Source: Eukaryota sp. GEM-RC1
Taxonomy: Eukaryota
DNA length: 64,000 bases
Direction of reading: 5' to 3'
NCBI GenBank assembly: GCA_040285855.1
Contig: JAUFOQ010000010.1
Span: 310,001 to 374,000 of the forward strand
Every line of letters starts with the position of its first letter. Position 1 is the first letter of the stretch. The translations under genes were made by a program, and so were the position numbers. Positions 38,360-50,315 of this stretch are shown piece by piece. Below the pieces are notes generated by a model. That model worked only from the letters and a program-made list of their open reading frames with translations. It searched no databases and had not been told where the DNA came from.

Positions 38360-41100
38360 CATCATCTTCTTGCACAAGTTGAACATTTCTACCATTAATT
38401 CTTTTCTTTTTTGGCAAAATCACTTTGAACATGGATTAAACAAAAATGGCCTTACCCCTTCTTCTTGGGAATCGAGTGTCATTCCAATCCCCAAAACCAA
38501 CAACGACTTCATTTGGATCACCATATTGGAGAGCTAATCTGCGGACCAAGTTTTGTTCACTTCGTTCTTTTCTTGAATATTGAGTCAGGTGTCTACGTCT
38601 AAAAAAATTTTCTTCATAAAGGCCTTCTGTTGCAGCAGGTATTTGTTGATTTGGTCCTTTCTTAGGTAGTTTCTTTGATGGTCCTGTCTTTTTATGTAAT
38701 CTTTCCGCAGTTACTTTTCCAGTTGTGGTTGATCTCATTAACACAGAAAACTTCATTGTTAACCATGTACCTTGAAAATTCTTCCAGTTTGCATGATTTT
38801 CTTCTTGGAGTATAAGAACTGTAGGAATCCATTCCACACACTGTTCTCAAACTCAGTTGAGTACCTTTGTAATCGTTCGCTTTCGGTCAATTTGACATTG
38901 TTTTTGTTACAACGCTTTCTTTCACGTTTTTTGAAATTTCGTTTTTCATTTCGTTCCTTTTTAGCTTTGTTTTCTTTCTGTGTCAATTCTTTTGGTACTG
39001 TGATGGTCGATTTTTTTCTTGGTTTCCATCCAGACTTGTTAAGATCTGCCATTCTCTTCCCAGTAGTGTATCGGAAAACCTTCCATTGGTCACACTTTTT
39101 CCACTTTACAAGTTGTGGGTTAGTACCTTGCTTCCAATCATTTAATTGTTTTTTTCATTTTTTCCAAACTTCCTCTTTTTTAGAAGACAATGGATCAATC
39201 TTTCGTTTTCTAACTAGGGTAACTGGTTTGGGCTCAATTTCATTCTCAACTGAAGAATCAATAGATTGTTCATTTGAAGCAAGATCAACTTCTAAAACAT
39301 TTTCACGAGCATTGGACATTCCATTTTTTATCAATTTTTTGTTTCTCCCCCTCGTCTTTTTACTTATTTAGGATTCTTCAACCTGATTTCTGCGATGATC
39401 TCAGGTCCGACAGCGGTTTCCAACTCATTGTTAATGAGTTCCAATAGCTCACTAATCGTGTGTGCGGCCTTGTCTACAGCGATCATTCTGTTAAAGCATC
39501 AACTTTAATTTTCTCACACGCCGCTTCCTCATCAGTTTTTAAACTGGCACAATACATGAGATCATGTTGGTTGGGGTCAACAGCAACAATTCTCTTAGAT
39601 TTTAAATTCAGTTCTTCAATTTCATCTTCACCTAATGAATCAGTATATCGTTCATTTGAAGCAAGATTAACTGCTGTAACATTTTCACGAGTATTTCCAT
39701 TTTCATAAAGTAAATCTTTCCTCATCATTAATAAACTACAACTTAAACCGTCTGACGAAATTGAAGTGTATTTAAAGTCATAGGATAATGACTCTGGAAT
39801 AGCATGTGGGTTTAAGGTTTTAAAATTGAATCCCAAATAAGTTTCGGTACTTCATTATAGTTATAGGGAAGATCCATACGAAATAATTCGTGGAACCATT
39901 GCGTATCGAACCTGATATGATTTGGAATTAATGACTTAGACAATGGGAAAGGATTGTTTGCTGTTACACCAGGACAATAATCTTCAAAAGAAGGTTCAAA
40001 TACGATGCACGACTTAAAAAGTATAATGGATCACTCTTTTCGGCATAGAAGATCGTTTTCTCCATATTTCCTTCAAAATAATTAAATAACTAATTGAAGA
40101 AGAGTATACTCAAGTGAGATTCCGGATTGGTTAAAACTGGATTGACATCATCAAAGTTAATTTTGAAAATTTCATCATTAATAATTAATTCTATACCTTC
40201 ATCAATCCTTTGACAGAGTTCTTGTCTTTGAGTTATGTCGGTATTAGCTTCCATTTTCTCTTTCTTTTGAGTCACCAAGTACTCATGGAAATGTTAACGT
40301 ATGTTTTTCTTATAATTTGTAATAATTTCGGTTGTAGCGTAACCAAGAGGCCAAGACAAATATAGTTCACTTGGAAACACGATCATGTCTTTACCAACCA
40401 TTTCAGTAGCAGTTTCTAACAGAGGGATGTAGTTTGATAGGAAGTGTTGGGCGAACTCCTTCTTTGTAGTTGTTTTAACATTAGAAATGATGCTGTTTAA
40501 AGAGTTTTCCACAATTTAATATGATCAGTACTGTTGAAAAATTGGTCATTTTTGGAATCCACATCATTCCAACAGTTGTCCCATTGGACCCAACTTAAAG
40601 TAACCTCCCAGTCTGGTAGTTCAAATTTGGTAGTTTGAATTTTAGTAAACAGGTCAAGTTCAGGTTCACCAGTTTGATTTTCATCAATGTCTTCATCTAA
40701 AATTTCAAATTTAATTGTACGATCGCAAACAAAATGAGGATCCGAATACATGCAATTCAGTTTCTTCTTCTAATTGTTGAGGCACAAACTCTTCACTTAA
40801 AACTTCTGTTTGTTCAGTGTCTGAAACTTCAGTGTCTGTTTCAATTTCTTCTTTAACAGATAAAATGTAATCAGTGGGATGTAGTATCCCTTTGACCTTG
40901 TCGAAAATTAAAGAGTTGTGAAATTTAGTTACGAAAAATTGTTTCAACAAATGTGTACCACGAACTCTGACTTGATGAGCTCTCTTAGCACAAGATTCAA
41001 TCCAATTCGCTTTAGTCTTTGATACAACATTATCTAGTCGTTTCCTTACCACCTTCAGTGGTGGTCGTTCTCTTAATTTTTGCTTCTTTTCATCGAAAAG
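38360..41100 (-). pseudogene. Fragmented Fanzor1-like (eukaryotic TnpB-derived) gene lacking a recognisable C-terminal zinc finger/RuvC-III
   Basis: Ordered motifs: YATTEIITNYKKNIR, FPLSKSLIPNHIRFDT (~39903-39950), SISSDGLSCSLL, RuvC-I-like RIVAVDPNQHDLMYC (~39550-39595), LYEENFFRRRHLTQYSRKERSEQNL, YGDPNEVVVGFGDW, possible RuvC-II NVQLVQE; many frameshifts. Confidence 0.72.
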
Positions 41101-41368
41101 ATCAAATAAAAGGTATTATATCAGAGACAACTTATTGATTGAGTTCAATAACAAAGTGGCTCTCGAAGTTGTAGATTCGTAAAGTTCATTAAGTTTTGTT
41201 AATTCTGCTAATAAATCCAATCTCCATAATAGCTTTGGGTTTTAGTTTTACAGATGGCGCTTTGTTTTGACGTTCTTCAGTTTTGACTTTCATTTGTTCA
41301 ACTGAAACTAGAGGATTGTCCAAAGAATTAAATATTCTCTTAAAAAAGACATTTTCCTTGTCAAAATT

Positions 41369-41830
41369 TTAAAATGTTCTCGAATGATTATTCATGTCCA
41401 AAATAATTTTTGTCTCGTTTTCCAAAAACCAACCACCTCTAAAGACATACAACTTCTTCAATACTGAATTCAAGTCAAGGGAATAAAAAGGGCCAATATC
41501 CATTGGTTTGCACCATCTGTGGAACCAAGATGGAAGAGAAGAAATGTAATCATCAATTGCATAATCCATGTCAATTTCAAATTTTTTATATCGCGATACT
41601 AGAAAAGGGAAATTATTTACATGTCAATCATAACATATTAACAAACTAGGCCGGTTAAGCTTCAAAAATGAAATGAAATTTGACAACATTGATTTTTCAA
41701 TTTTCAACGTGTGAACTACACTATTAGGAAGTGAAATTTCTGAAACATTATGGGTGAATAGGTCATTTGCAAATTTATCATGGGTAAACTGAAGAGAGAT
41801 TGATCCAATTGAATCTAAATCTGGATCATG
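41369..41830 (-). pseudogene. Degenerate PolB-exonuclease-like domain, copy 2
   Basis: Manual translation: DPDLDSIGSISLQ...EKSMLSNFISFLKLNRPSLLICYD*HVNNFPFLVSR...WFHRWC...YSLDLNSV; one in-frame TGA. Confidence 0.45.
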
Positions 41831-42599
41831 TTGAATTTTAAAAGTAGCATCCTACATTTGTGGAATACATTCTACAGTTGATTCAATTGATTGCTTTTCG
41901 TCTACTTCTGGCTCCTGTTCAGCTCGAACGACTTTAAGATTCCAACGTTCGTCTGGCTATTCTTTAACTGAAATTAATGGTATTACTTATCATAAACTCT
42001 GAAACAAATACTAACCATAGTCATTGGTTAATCGACGTTATGATTTTATATCAATAAACAATGGACCATAAACAATTATCATTTATAGAGACAATTATTT
42101 TGTTTTTATTTTTGTCAAAGAATAGAGCAGCCACATTTCCAAAGCGGAGAGATGGGGCAGAAGTGCAACGATAAGATCTCCATAGAAATACAAGGTTAAG
42201 GAACGACGTGATGAAACATCTATAAAGGAGATTGGTATAAAGTTATTTTAACGGTGCGGTCAGAGCTTGTAGATGTGTGATTTAAAGAGTGATTATTGTG
42301 GAAAAGAGTCTCTCTGAAAAGTGCAAATCCTTCATGAAATTAAAATGTAGAAACTGTTGATTATCTGTTCTACTCATTTGAATCATGAATCGTGAATAGA
42401 ACAATAAATTCATTTCAAATATTTTAAAAAATCTATATGTACTCTAAAAAACTATGAAGCCAGAATCGTCACCAAAAGTCAAAGATCTGTTTAGCCTGAT
42501 TATTCACATAAATCAAAGACTGACTTATTAAAGAAACAAGAATTATTCAAAGTTAGTTTCTTGATTGTGAAACATTGAGACAAGGGCTGTAGTTGTGCT

Positions 42600-43420
42600 T
42601 CACCAGTACACGTAGTTATATTCCAAAACTTTGAGTGAAAAACAAATCACTCATCATATTTACCTTGTTTGATATAACCCAAGGTAAAGTAACCCAAGGA
42701 GCGAATCAAAAGATTGTAGACGACCCAGGCTTGATGAAGAAGCGATAAGAGAAACATGGGTTTTTGGATAGGATTTAGTAGAGATTTTAAGGTACCTCAA
42801 ACTTTGATTCAGACACAGGGGTGATGCTATGACATGATCGTAGTCACATTGTGGAAGTACATTATAAGTGTTTGGAGAAAGAAGAAGATGGTTAAGAGCA
42901 TCAGACTGTATAAGACACAACGGAGAGTTATTAAAGGAGATGATATTCTTCCAAACAATATTAGAATTCTGGAAGTGTGACCTCCTGATTCAAGTACAGT
43001 CTAGACCTTAATGGGAGTTTTACCTTAATGGGAGGTTTTGTTTGTACAGACATGAACAGCAGACGACAGCCTTTTATGATATATAAACCAACAAACTATG
43101 ACTATTGTGCACCATTTGGTGATGAATTGAAGATGGCACGGATCTACCACCACGGGTAATCGTCGTCAAATTTAAGTGGTGGACACTCAATCATCAGCAA
43201 ATAGCAATAATCTCTCAGATTTCTGCTAAATGGATGGATGAGAGAAGGGGAGAACTAGTGCTAACGGGGAGGGCGATATAAGAGCGAGAAAGGTCAAGGA
43301 CGGACCTGCAACTACCAATATAGGAAAGGAGAAAGTTTCAGATACTCAAAGAGACAAATCACAGAGAACTTGTTCTGAAACCGTTAGTACGCAGAATTGA
43401 ATATGTGAATAGAAGAACCC
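42600..43420 (-). pseudogene. Possible highly diverged N-terminal part of an LRR-family gene
   Basis: Cys-containing start, Ser/Pro-rich linker and HLLLSP...LCLNQSLRYLKI echo the layout of the 11906/16754 genes; weak. Confidence 0.3.
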
Positions 43421-43884
43421 CTTCAAAGCATTGATACGACAATAGCAGCATTAACATTGCTAGAGAAGAGTGTTCTTAAAAAAGAGAATCTACAAGAGGG
43501 ATATAAAAGATAGGGTAATTTATGCAAGAAGTACACCTAAAATCGTATTCTCAAGATGACAACGAAAACAGCAGATGATTGGTGATGAAAAGGGTAAGCT
43601 TATGTCTTAAGTTTACCCCTTGTTTCTTTGCTGCCTAAGAAACAATACTCTCTGTTATCTACTCTTTCTGAAAGTCAAAAATAAAAACCAATGATCCCGG
43701 TTAAGCTAGATTAGAAGGGTGTGATTGTTGCAAAGATAAGGTATCGATTCTGGCTTATATATGGTACTGTAACTGTTGGAAGAGGTTGAAAAGGAACCCG
43801 AAAAGGGGAAAAAATTGTCGTGCGACAAAATGATGGAGTTTTTTTGAATGAACTCTTCGATCTGTGGTCTATTTTCTTCTTCCA

Positions 43885-45336
43885 ATGTCTCACTATCTCT
43901 GTGATATTTGTCATGAAATTCTCAAGAATCCGGTAACTACTTGGTGTGGCCACACCTTTTGTATGTCGGATTTGCAGGAGTGGCTTGTTTCTCATAACGG
44001 ATGTCCGATCTGTCGAGCTGAAGTGGACAAGTCAAGGCTGTGTCCTAACTACAAGTTGAAAGAAGCTGTTGAAGCCTTTGTTGCTGGTCAAGGTGAGACT
44101 ATTTGTTTTGAGTGTGATGAAGCTGCTGCCACTTGTTATTGCGCAGATTGTGACGTTGATTTCTGTGACAACTGTTTTAACCCTGCGCATCGCCCCAAGT
44201 TGCTACGATCTCATGTTGCTGTCCCCCTAAATAAGAAGCATGCCTACCTTGTTCCTAAGTGCCCCAGCCACAACATGAAGTCGTTAGAGTTGTTCTGCAC
44301 CTTCTGCTCCGTCGCCCTTTGCTCCACTTGTGCTTTCCTTGGTGATCATGACCAGCACAAAAAGAAGTTGCTTCCCTTTGACGAAGGTCGAACCTCTGTT
44401 GAAAAGAATATCAACTCTATAAACCAAGAATTGTCCGTTGCTATTGAAAAAATATCACAGTTAGCTGAAGCTGCTATTCAGCAAGCAACAAGTGGTTTTG
44501 TCCAACTCAAAGAAAGTCTGACTGTCCTGCTCCAAGAAACTATGTTAGACTCTGCTACCATTATGAATGACTTACAATCTGGGAAACCTGTCATGTTCAA
44601 GCCAAATATCAGCGAAAAATTCACTACCACCACTTCAACCCTTCTCAACAACCAATCTGATGTCATCTCCTCTTTAAATGAAGAACTGTTCTCCATCCAC
44701 TCCGATGCTTCTCGTCGTTTGACCTCTCTTTCCGTTGATTCGGAGTCTAGTGTTGCTTCTGCTAGGCTTCTAGAAGACCCTCCTTTACCAATCAAGTGCA
44801 TTGAAAGTGTCTGCCCTGTACAACAAGTTGAAGAGAAGAAACTTGTTATTGATTGGAGCAAGCTTAGCTCTAAGTTGAAGAGTTGTTATGATCAAATGGT
44901 GAGAAATGAGGTTTCTACGATCAATCTAGACAGCAACTCAATTGGTAATGAAGGCGCTATTGCAATTGCTGAAGCTTTGAAGGTGAATTCTTCACTTTCT
45001 ACGATCTATCTATATAACAACTCAATTGGTACTGAAGGCGCTATTGCAATTGCTGAAGCTTTGAAGGTGAATTCTTCACTTTCTACGATCTATCTATATA
45101 ACAACTCAATTGGTACTGAAGGCGCTATTGCAATTGCTGAAGCTTTGAAGGTGAATTCTTCACTTTCTACGATCAATCTAAATAACAACTCAATTGGTAC
45201 TGAAGGCGCTATTGCAATTGCTGAAGCTTTGAAGGTGAATTCTTCACTTTCTACGATCAGTCTATATAACAACTCAATCAACAGTCAAACACAACAGTCG
45301 TTAAAATCTCTACACCAGAACAGAGTGTATTTTTAG
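43885..45336 (+). CDS. TRIM-like protein: RING - B-box1 - B-box2 - coiled coil - RNI-type LRRs (4 full modules + cap); putative E3 ubiquitin ligase
   Basis: Intact 483-aa ORF from ATG 43885. RING CDIC..CGHTFC..D..CPIC; B-box1 CFEC..CADC..FC..C..H..H; B-box2 CPSH..FC..C..LC..C..H..H; heptad-like helical region; 28-aa STIxLxxNSIGxEGAIAIAEALKVNSSL repeats. Confidence 0.92.
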   Translation: MSHYLCDICHEILKNPVTTWCGHTFCMSDLQEWLVSHNGCPICRAEVDKSRLCPNYKLKEAVEAFVAGQGETICFECDEAAATCYCADCDVDFCDNCFNPAHRPKLLRSHVAVPLNKKHAYLVPKCPSHNMKSLELFCTFCSVALCSTCAFLGDHDQHKKKLLPFDEGRTSVEKNINSINQELSVAIEKISQLAEAAIQQATSGFVQLKESLTVLLQETMLDSATIMNDLQSGKPVMFKPNISEKFTTTTSTLLNNQSDVISSLNEELFSIHSDASRRLTSLSVDSESSVASARLLEDPPLPIKCIESVCPVQQVEEKKLVIDWSKLSSKLKSCYDQMVRNEVSTINLDSNSIGNEGAIAIAEALKVNSSLSTIYLYNNSIGTEGAIAIAEALKVNSSLSTIYLYNNSIGTEGAIAIAEALKVNSSLSTINLNNNSIGTEGAIAIAEALKVNSSLSTISLYNNSINSQTQQSLKSLHQNRVYF

Positions 45337-46222
45337 ACATGTTTTTCTTGGATATAAAGATCACATTTTTCAATCACAAATAATTTCTTGTCAGAAACAC
45401 CATTATTAAACGATGTATGTATAAAACACTTCAAAAATGATTTAGCTCAGAACAATCATTGTCCCGAACAAAACTCAGAAGTGACTCACCACAGATAATC
45501 AAATATCATGGCTGTTTAGCAGATGTTGATATACATATTTTAACTACTACTCTGGTGAGTAACACACATCATATTTACTCAGCTGGTGCTTTTGCGATTG
45601 TTTCCAATAACACCAGACATTTATTAGTATCTGAAATAGTGTTTATACTATATACTTACCAATATTTGGAATTGCCAACATTCAATCTCATTATTAACAC
45701 GACTATATTATCCTTTGAGAAGCTTCACTGTCATGATGCTTGGATTATTCTCAGTGATGATTCATATACGTGTTTTTGCATTTTTTCAGTAAATCTGACA
45801 GTGATAGACAAAGAATTACCAAAACTGTTTCATTGAATATTGCAGTCAATAGCAAGAACACAAATGGCGGCGTTGAATTTACGAAGACTCAGTGAAACTA
45901 TTTTGCTTTCTGCAGTTTTTACATAGGCAAGTAAAAGCTATTGAAATTAAAGAGTATGAATTTGTAATCTTTGTTAACTGATTGTTGAGAATTTATTCGC
46001 AAATTACAGATATTTTACCAGAAGAAAGAGTGTATATATAGACTTTTTAATACTGGTTAGAAGTAATATTATTATTTTGTCTTTGTGTCAAGACACAAAA
46101 CCGGTTTTTGTACATCTTAACTTATGTAACATATACTAGGTGACACAGCAGTGGATATGTATTCTGTAGACTATCTGAAAAACACAAAACGTAATTGATA
46201 AGGCTTTGAAGAAACACGCGGA

Positions 46223-47050
46223 GTCGTCTTTAAGCCAAAGATCGAAAAATTCACTTCCACCACTTCAACCCTTCTCAACAACCAATCTAATATCATCTCC
46301 TCTTTAAATGAAGAACTGTTCTCCATCCACTCCGATGCTTCTCGTCGTTTGACCTCTCTTTCCGTTGATTCGGAGTCTAGTGTTGCTTCTGCTAGGCTTC
46401 TAGAAGACCCTCCTTTACCAATCAAGTGCATTGAAAGTGTCTGCCCTGTACAACAAGTTGAAGAGAAGAAACTTGTTATTGATTGGAGCAAGCTTAGCTC
46501 TAAGTTGAAGAGTTGTTATGATCAAATGGTGAGAAATGAGGTTTCTACGATCTATCTAGACAGCAACTCAATTGGTACTGAAGGCGCTATTGCAATTGCT
46601 GAAGCTTTGAAGGTGAATTCTTCTCTTTCTACGATCTATCTAGATAACAACTCAATTGGTACTGAAGGCGCTATTGCAATTGTTGAAGCTTTGAAGGTGA
46701 ATTCTTCACTTTCTACGATCAATCTAGACAACAACTCAATTGGTAATGAAGGCGCTATTGCAATTGCTGAAGCTTTGAAGGTGAATTCTTCACTTTCTAC
46801 GATCAATCTAGACAACAACTCAATTGGTAATGAAGGCGCTATTGCAATTGCTGAAGCTTTGAAGGTGAATTCTTCACTTTCTACGATCAATCTATATAAC
46901 AACTCAATTGGTACTGAAGGCGCTATTGCAATTGCTGAAGCTTTGAAGGTGAATTCTTCACTTTCTACGATCAATCTACGTAACAACTCAATCAACAGTC
47001 AAACAATACAGTCGTTAAAATCTCTACACCAGAACAGAATGTCTTTTTAG
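46223..47050 (+). pseudogene. LRR cassette unit 2 (5 full modules + cap), no RING/B-box
   Basis: Homology to the TRIM gene starts at ~46223; in-frame stop just upstream; first in-frame ATG at 46526 (MVRNEV). Confidence 0.8.
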
Positions 47051-47937
47051 ACATGTTTTTCTTGGATATAAAGATCACATTTTTCAATCACAAATAATTT
47101 CTTGTCAGAAACACCATTATTAAACGATGTATGTATAAAACACTTCAAAAATGATTTAGCTCAGAACAATCATTGTCCCGAACAAAACTCAGAAGTGACT
47201 CACCACAGATAATCAAATATCATGGCTGTTTAGCAGATGTTGATATACATATTTTAACTACTACTCTGGTGAGTAACACACATCATATTTACTCAGCTGG
47301 TGCTTTTGCGATTGTTCCCAATAACACCAGACATTTATTAGTATCTGAAATAGTGTTTATACTATATACTTACCAATATTTGGAATTGCCAACATTCAAT
47401 CTCATTATTAACACGACTATATTATCCTTTGAGAAGCTTCACTGTCATGATGCTTGGATTATTCTCAGTGATGATTCATATACGTGTTTTTGCATTTTTT
47501 CAGTAAATCTGACAGTGATAGACAAAGAATTACCAAAACTGTTTCATTGAATATTGCAGTCAATAGCAAGAACACAAATGGCGGCGTTGAATTTACGAAG
47601 ACTCAGTGAAACTATTTTGCTTTCTGCAGTTTTTACATAGGCAAGTAAAAGCTATTGAAATTAAAGAGTATGAATTTGTAATCTTTGTTAACTGATTGTT
47701 GAGAATTTATTCGCAAATTACAGATATTTTACCAGAAGAAAGAGTGTATATATAGACTTTTTTAATACTGGTTAGAAGTAATATTATTATTTTGTCTTTG
47801 TGTCAAGACACAAAACCGGTTTTTGTACATCTTAACTTATGTAACATATACTAGGTGACACAGCAGTGGATATGTATTCTGTAGACTATCTGAAAAACAC
47901 AAAACGTAATTGATAAGGCTTTGAAGAAACACGCGGA

Positions 47938-48645
47938 GTCGTCTTTAAGCCAAAGATCGAAAAATTCACTTCCACCACTTCAACCCTTCTCAACAACCAA
48001 TCTAATATCATCTCCTCTTTAAATGAAGAACTGTTCTCCATCCACTCCGATGCTTCTCGTCGTTTGACCTCTCTTTCCGTTGATTCGGAGTCTAGTGTTG
48101 CTTCTGCTAGGCTTCTAGAAGACCCTCCTTTACCAATCAAGTGCATTGAAAGTGTCTGCCCTGTACAACAAGTTGAAGAGAAGAAACTTGTTATTGATTG
48201 GAGCAAGCTTAGCTCTAAGTTGAAGAGTTGTTATGATCAAATGGTGAGAAATGAGGTTTCTACGATCTATCTAGACAGCAACTCAATTGGTAATGAAGGC
48301 GCCATTGCAATTGCTGAAGCTTTGAAGGTGAATTCTTCACTTTCTACGATCAATCTAAATAACAACTCAATTGGTAATGAAGGCGCTATTGCAATTGCTG
48401 AAGCTTTGAAGGTGAATTCTTCACTTTCTACGATCTATCTATATAACAACTCAATTGGTACTGAAGGCGCTATTGCAATTGCTGAAGCTTTGAAGGTGAA
48501 TTCTTCACTTTCTATGATCGATCTACGTAACAACTCAATCAACAGTCAAACAATACAGTCGTTAAAATCTCTACACCAGAACAGAATGTCTTTTTTAGAC
48601 ATGTTTTTCTTGGATATAAAGATCACATTTTTCAATCACAAATAA
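47938..48645 (+). pseudogene. LRR cassette unit 3 (3 full modules + cap); an extra T at the stop gives read-through
   Basis: Same linker; first in-frame ATG 48241; T6 instead of T5 before AG at ~48591. Confidence 0.8.
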
Positions 48646-49484
48646 TTTCTTGTCAGAAACACCATTATTAAACGATGTATGTATAAAACACTTCAAAAAT
48701 GATTTAGCTCAGAACAATCATTGTCCCGAACAAAACTCAGAAGTGACTCACCACAGATAATCAAATATCATGGCTGTTTAGCAGATGTTGATATACATAT
48801 TTTAACTACTACTCTGGTGAGTAACACACATCATATTTACTCAGCTGGTGCTTTTGCGATTGTTCCCAATAACACCAGACATTTATTAGTATCTGAAATA
48901 GTGTTTATACTATATACTTACCAATATTTGGAATTGCCAACATTCAATCTCATTATTAACACGACTATATTATCCTTTGAGAAGCTTCACTGTCATGATG
49001 CTTGGATTATTCTCAGTGATGATTCATATACGTGTTTTTGCATTTTGTCAGTAAATCTGACAGTGATAGACAAAGAATTACCAAAACTGTTTCATTGAAT
49101 ATTGCAGTCAATAGCAAGAACACAAATGGCGGCGTTGAATTTACGAAGACTCAGTGAAACTATTTTGCTTTCTGCAGTTTTTACATAGGCAAGTAAAAGC
49201 TATTGAAATTAAAGAGTATGAATTTGTAATCTTTGTTAACTGATTGTTGAGAATTTATTCGCAAATTACAGATATTTTACCAGAAGAAAGAGTGTATATA
49301 TAGACTTTTTAATACTGGTTAGAAGTAATATTATTATTTTGTCTTTGTGTCAAGACACAAAACCGGTTTTTGTACATCTTAACTTATGTAACATATACTA
49401 GGTGACACAGCAGTGGATATGTATTCTGTAGACTATCTGAAAAACACAAAACGTAATTGATAAGGCTTTGAAGAAACACGCGGA

Positions 49485-50315
49485 GTCGTCTTTAAGCCAA
49501 AGATCAGCGAAAAATTCACTACCACCACTTCAACCCTTCTCAACAACCAATCTAATATCATCTCCTCTTTAAATGAAGAACTGTTCTCCATCCACTCCGA
49601 TGCTTCTCGTCGTTTGACCTCTCTTTCCGTTGATTCGGAGTCTAGTGTTGCTTCTGCTAGGCTTCTAGAAGACCCTCCTTTACCAATCAAGTGCATTGAA
49701 AGTGTCTGCCCTGTACAACAAGTTGAAGAGAAGAAACTTGTTATTGATTGGAGCAAGCTTAGCTCTAAGTTGAAGAGTTGTTATGATCAAATGGTGAGAA
49801 ATGAGGTTTCTACGATCAATCTCAATAACAACTCAATTGGTACTGAAGGCGCTATTGCAATTGCTGAAGCTTTGAAGGTGAATTCTTCACTTTCTACGAT
49901 CAATCTAAATAACAACTCAATTGGTACTGAAGGCGCTATTGCAATTGCTGAAGCTTTGAAGGTGAATTCTTCACTTTCTACGATCAATCTAAATAACAAC
50001 TCAATTGGTAATGAAGGCGCTATTGCAATTGCTGAAGCTTTGAAGGTGAATTCTTCACTTTCTAGAATCGATCTACGTAACAACTCAATTGGTACTGAAG
50101 GCGCTATTGCAATTGCTGAAGCTTTGAAGGTGAATTCTTCACTTTCTAGAATCGATCTACGTAACAACTCAATTGGTACTGAAGGCGCTATTGCAATTGC
50201 TGAAGCTTTGAAGGTGAATTCTTCACTTTCTACGATCAATCTAAATAACAACTCAATCAACAGTCAAACACAACAGTCGTTAAAATCTCTACACCAGAAC
50301 AGAGTGTATTTTTAG
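49485..50315 (+). pseudogene. LRR cassette unit 4 (5 full modules + cap)
   Basis: Same linker; first in-frame ATG 49791. Confidence 0.8.

Noticed and set aside
38772..39371. 199-aa Phe-rich plus-strand ORF
   Set aside because: Antisense of the Lys-rich insert within the Fanzor-like gene.
27373..41612. TGA reassignment or read-through suggested by in-frame TGA at 27373 (Cys position) and in the exo-like domain near 41625
   Set aside because: Only two cases, both in degenerate genes and both one substitution from a sense codon; TGA also appears as an apparent true stop (14757-14759).
46160..46230. Alternative splicing of the TRIM head onto each cassette via acceptors near TTCTGTAG or GATAAG
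   Set aside because: An in-frame TAA follows the TTCTGTAG site, no convincing donor was identified in the head, and units 5, 8 and 9 have linker lesions. Not supportable without cDNA, though not formally excluded.
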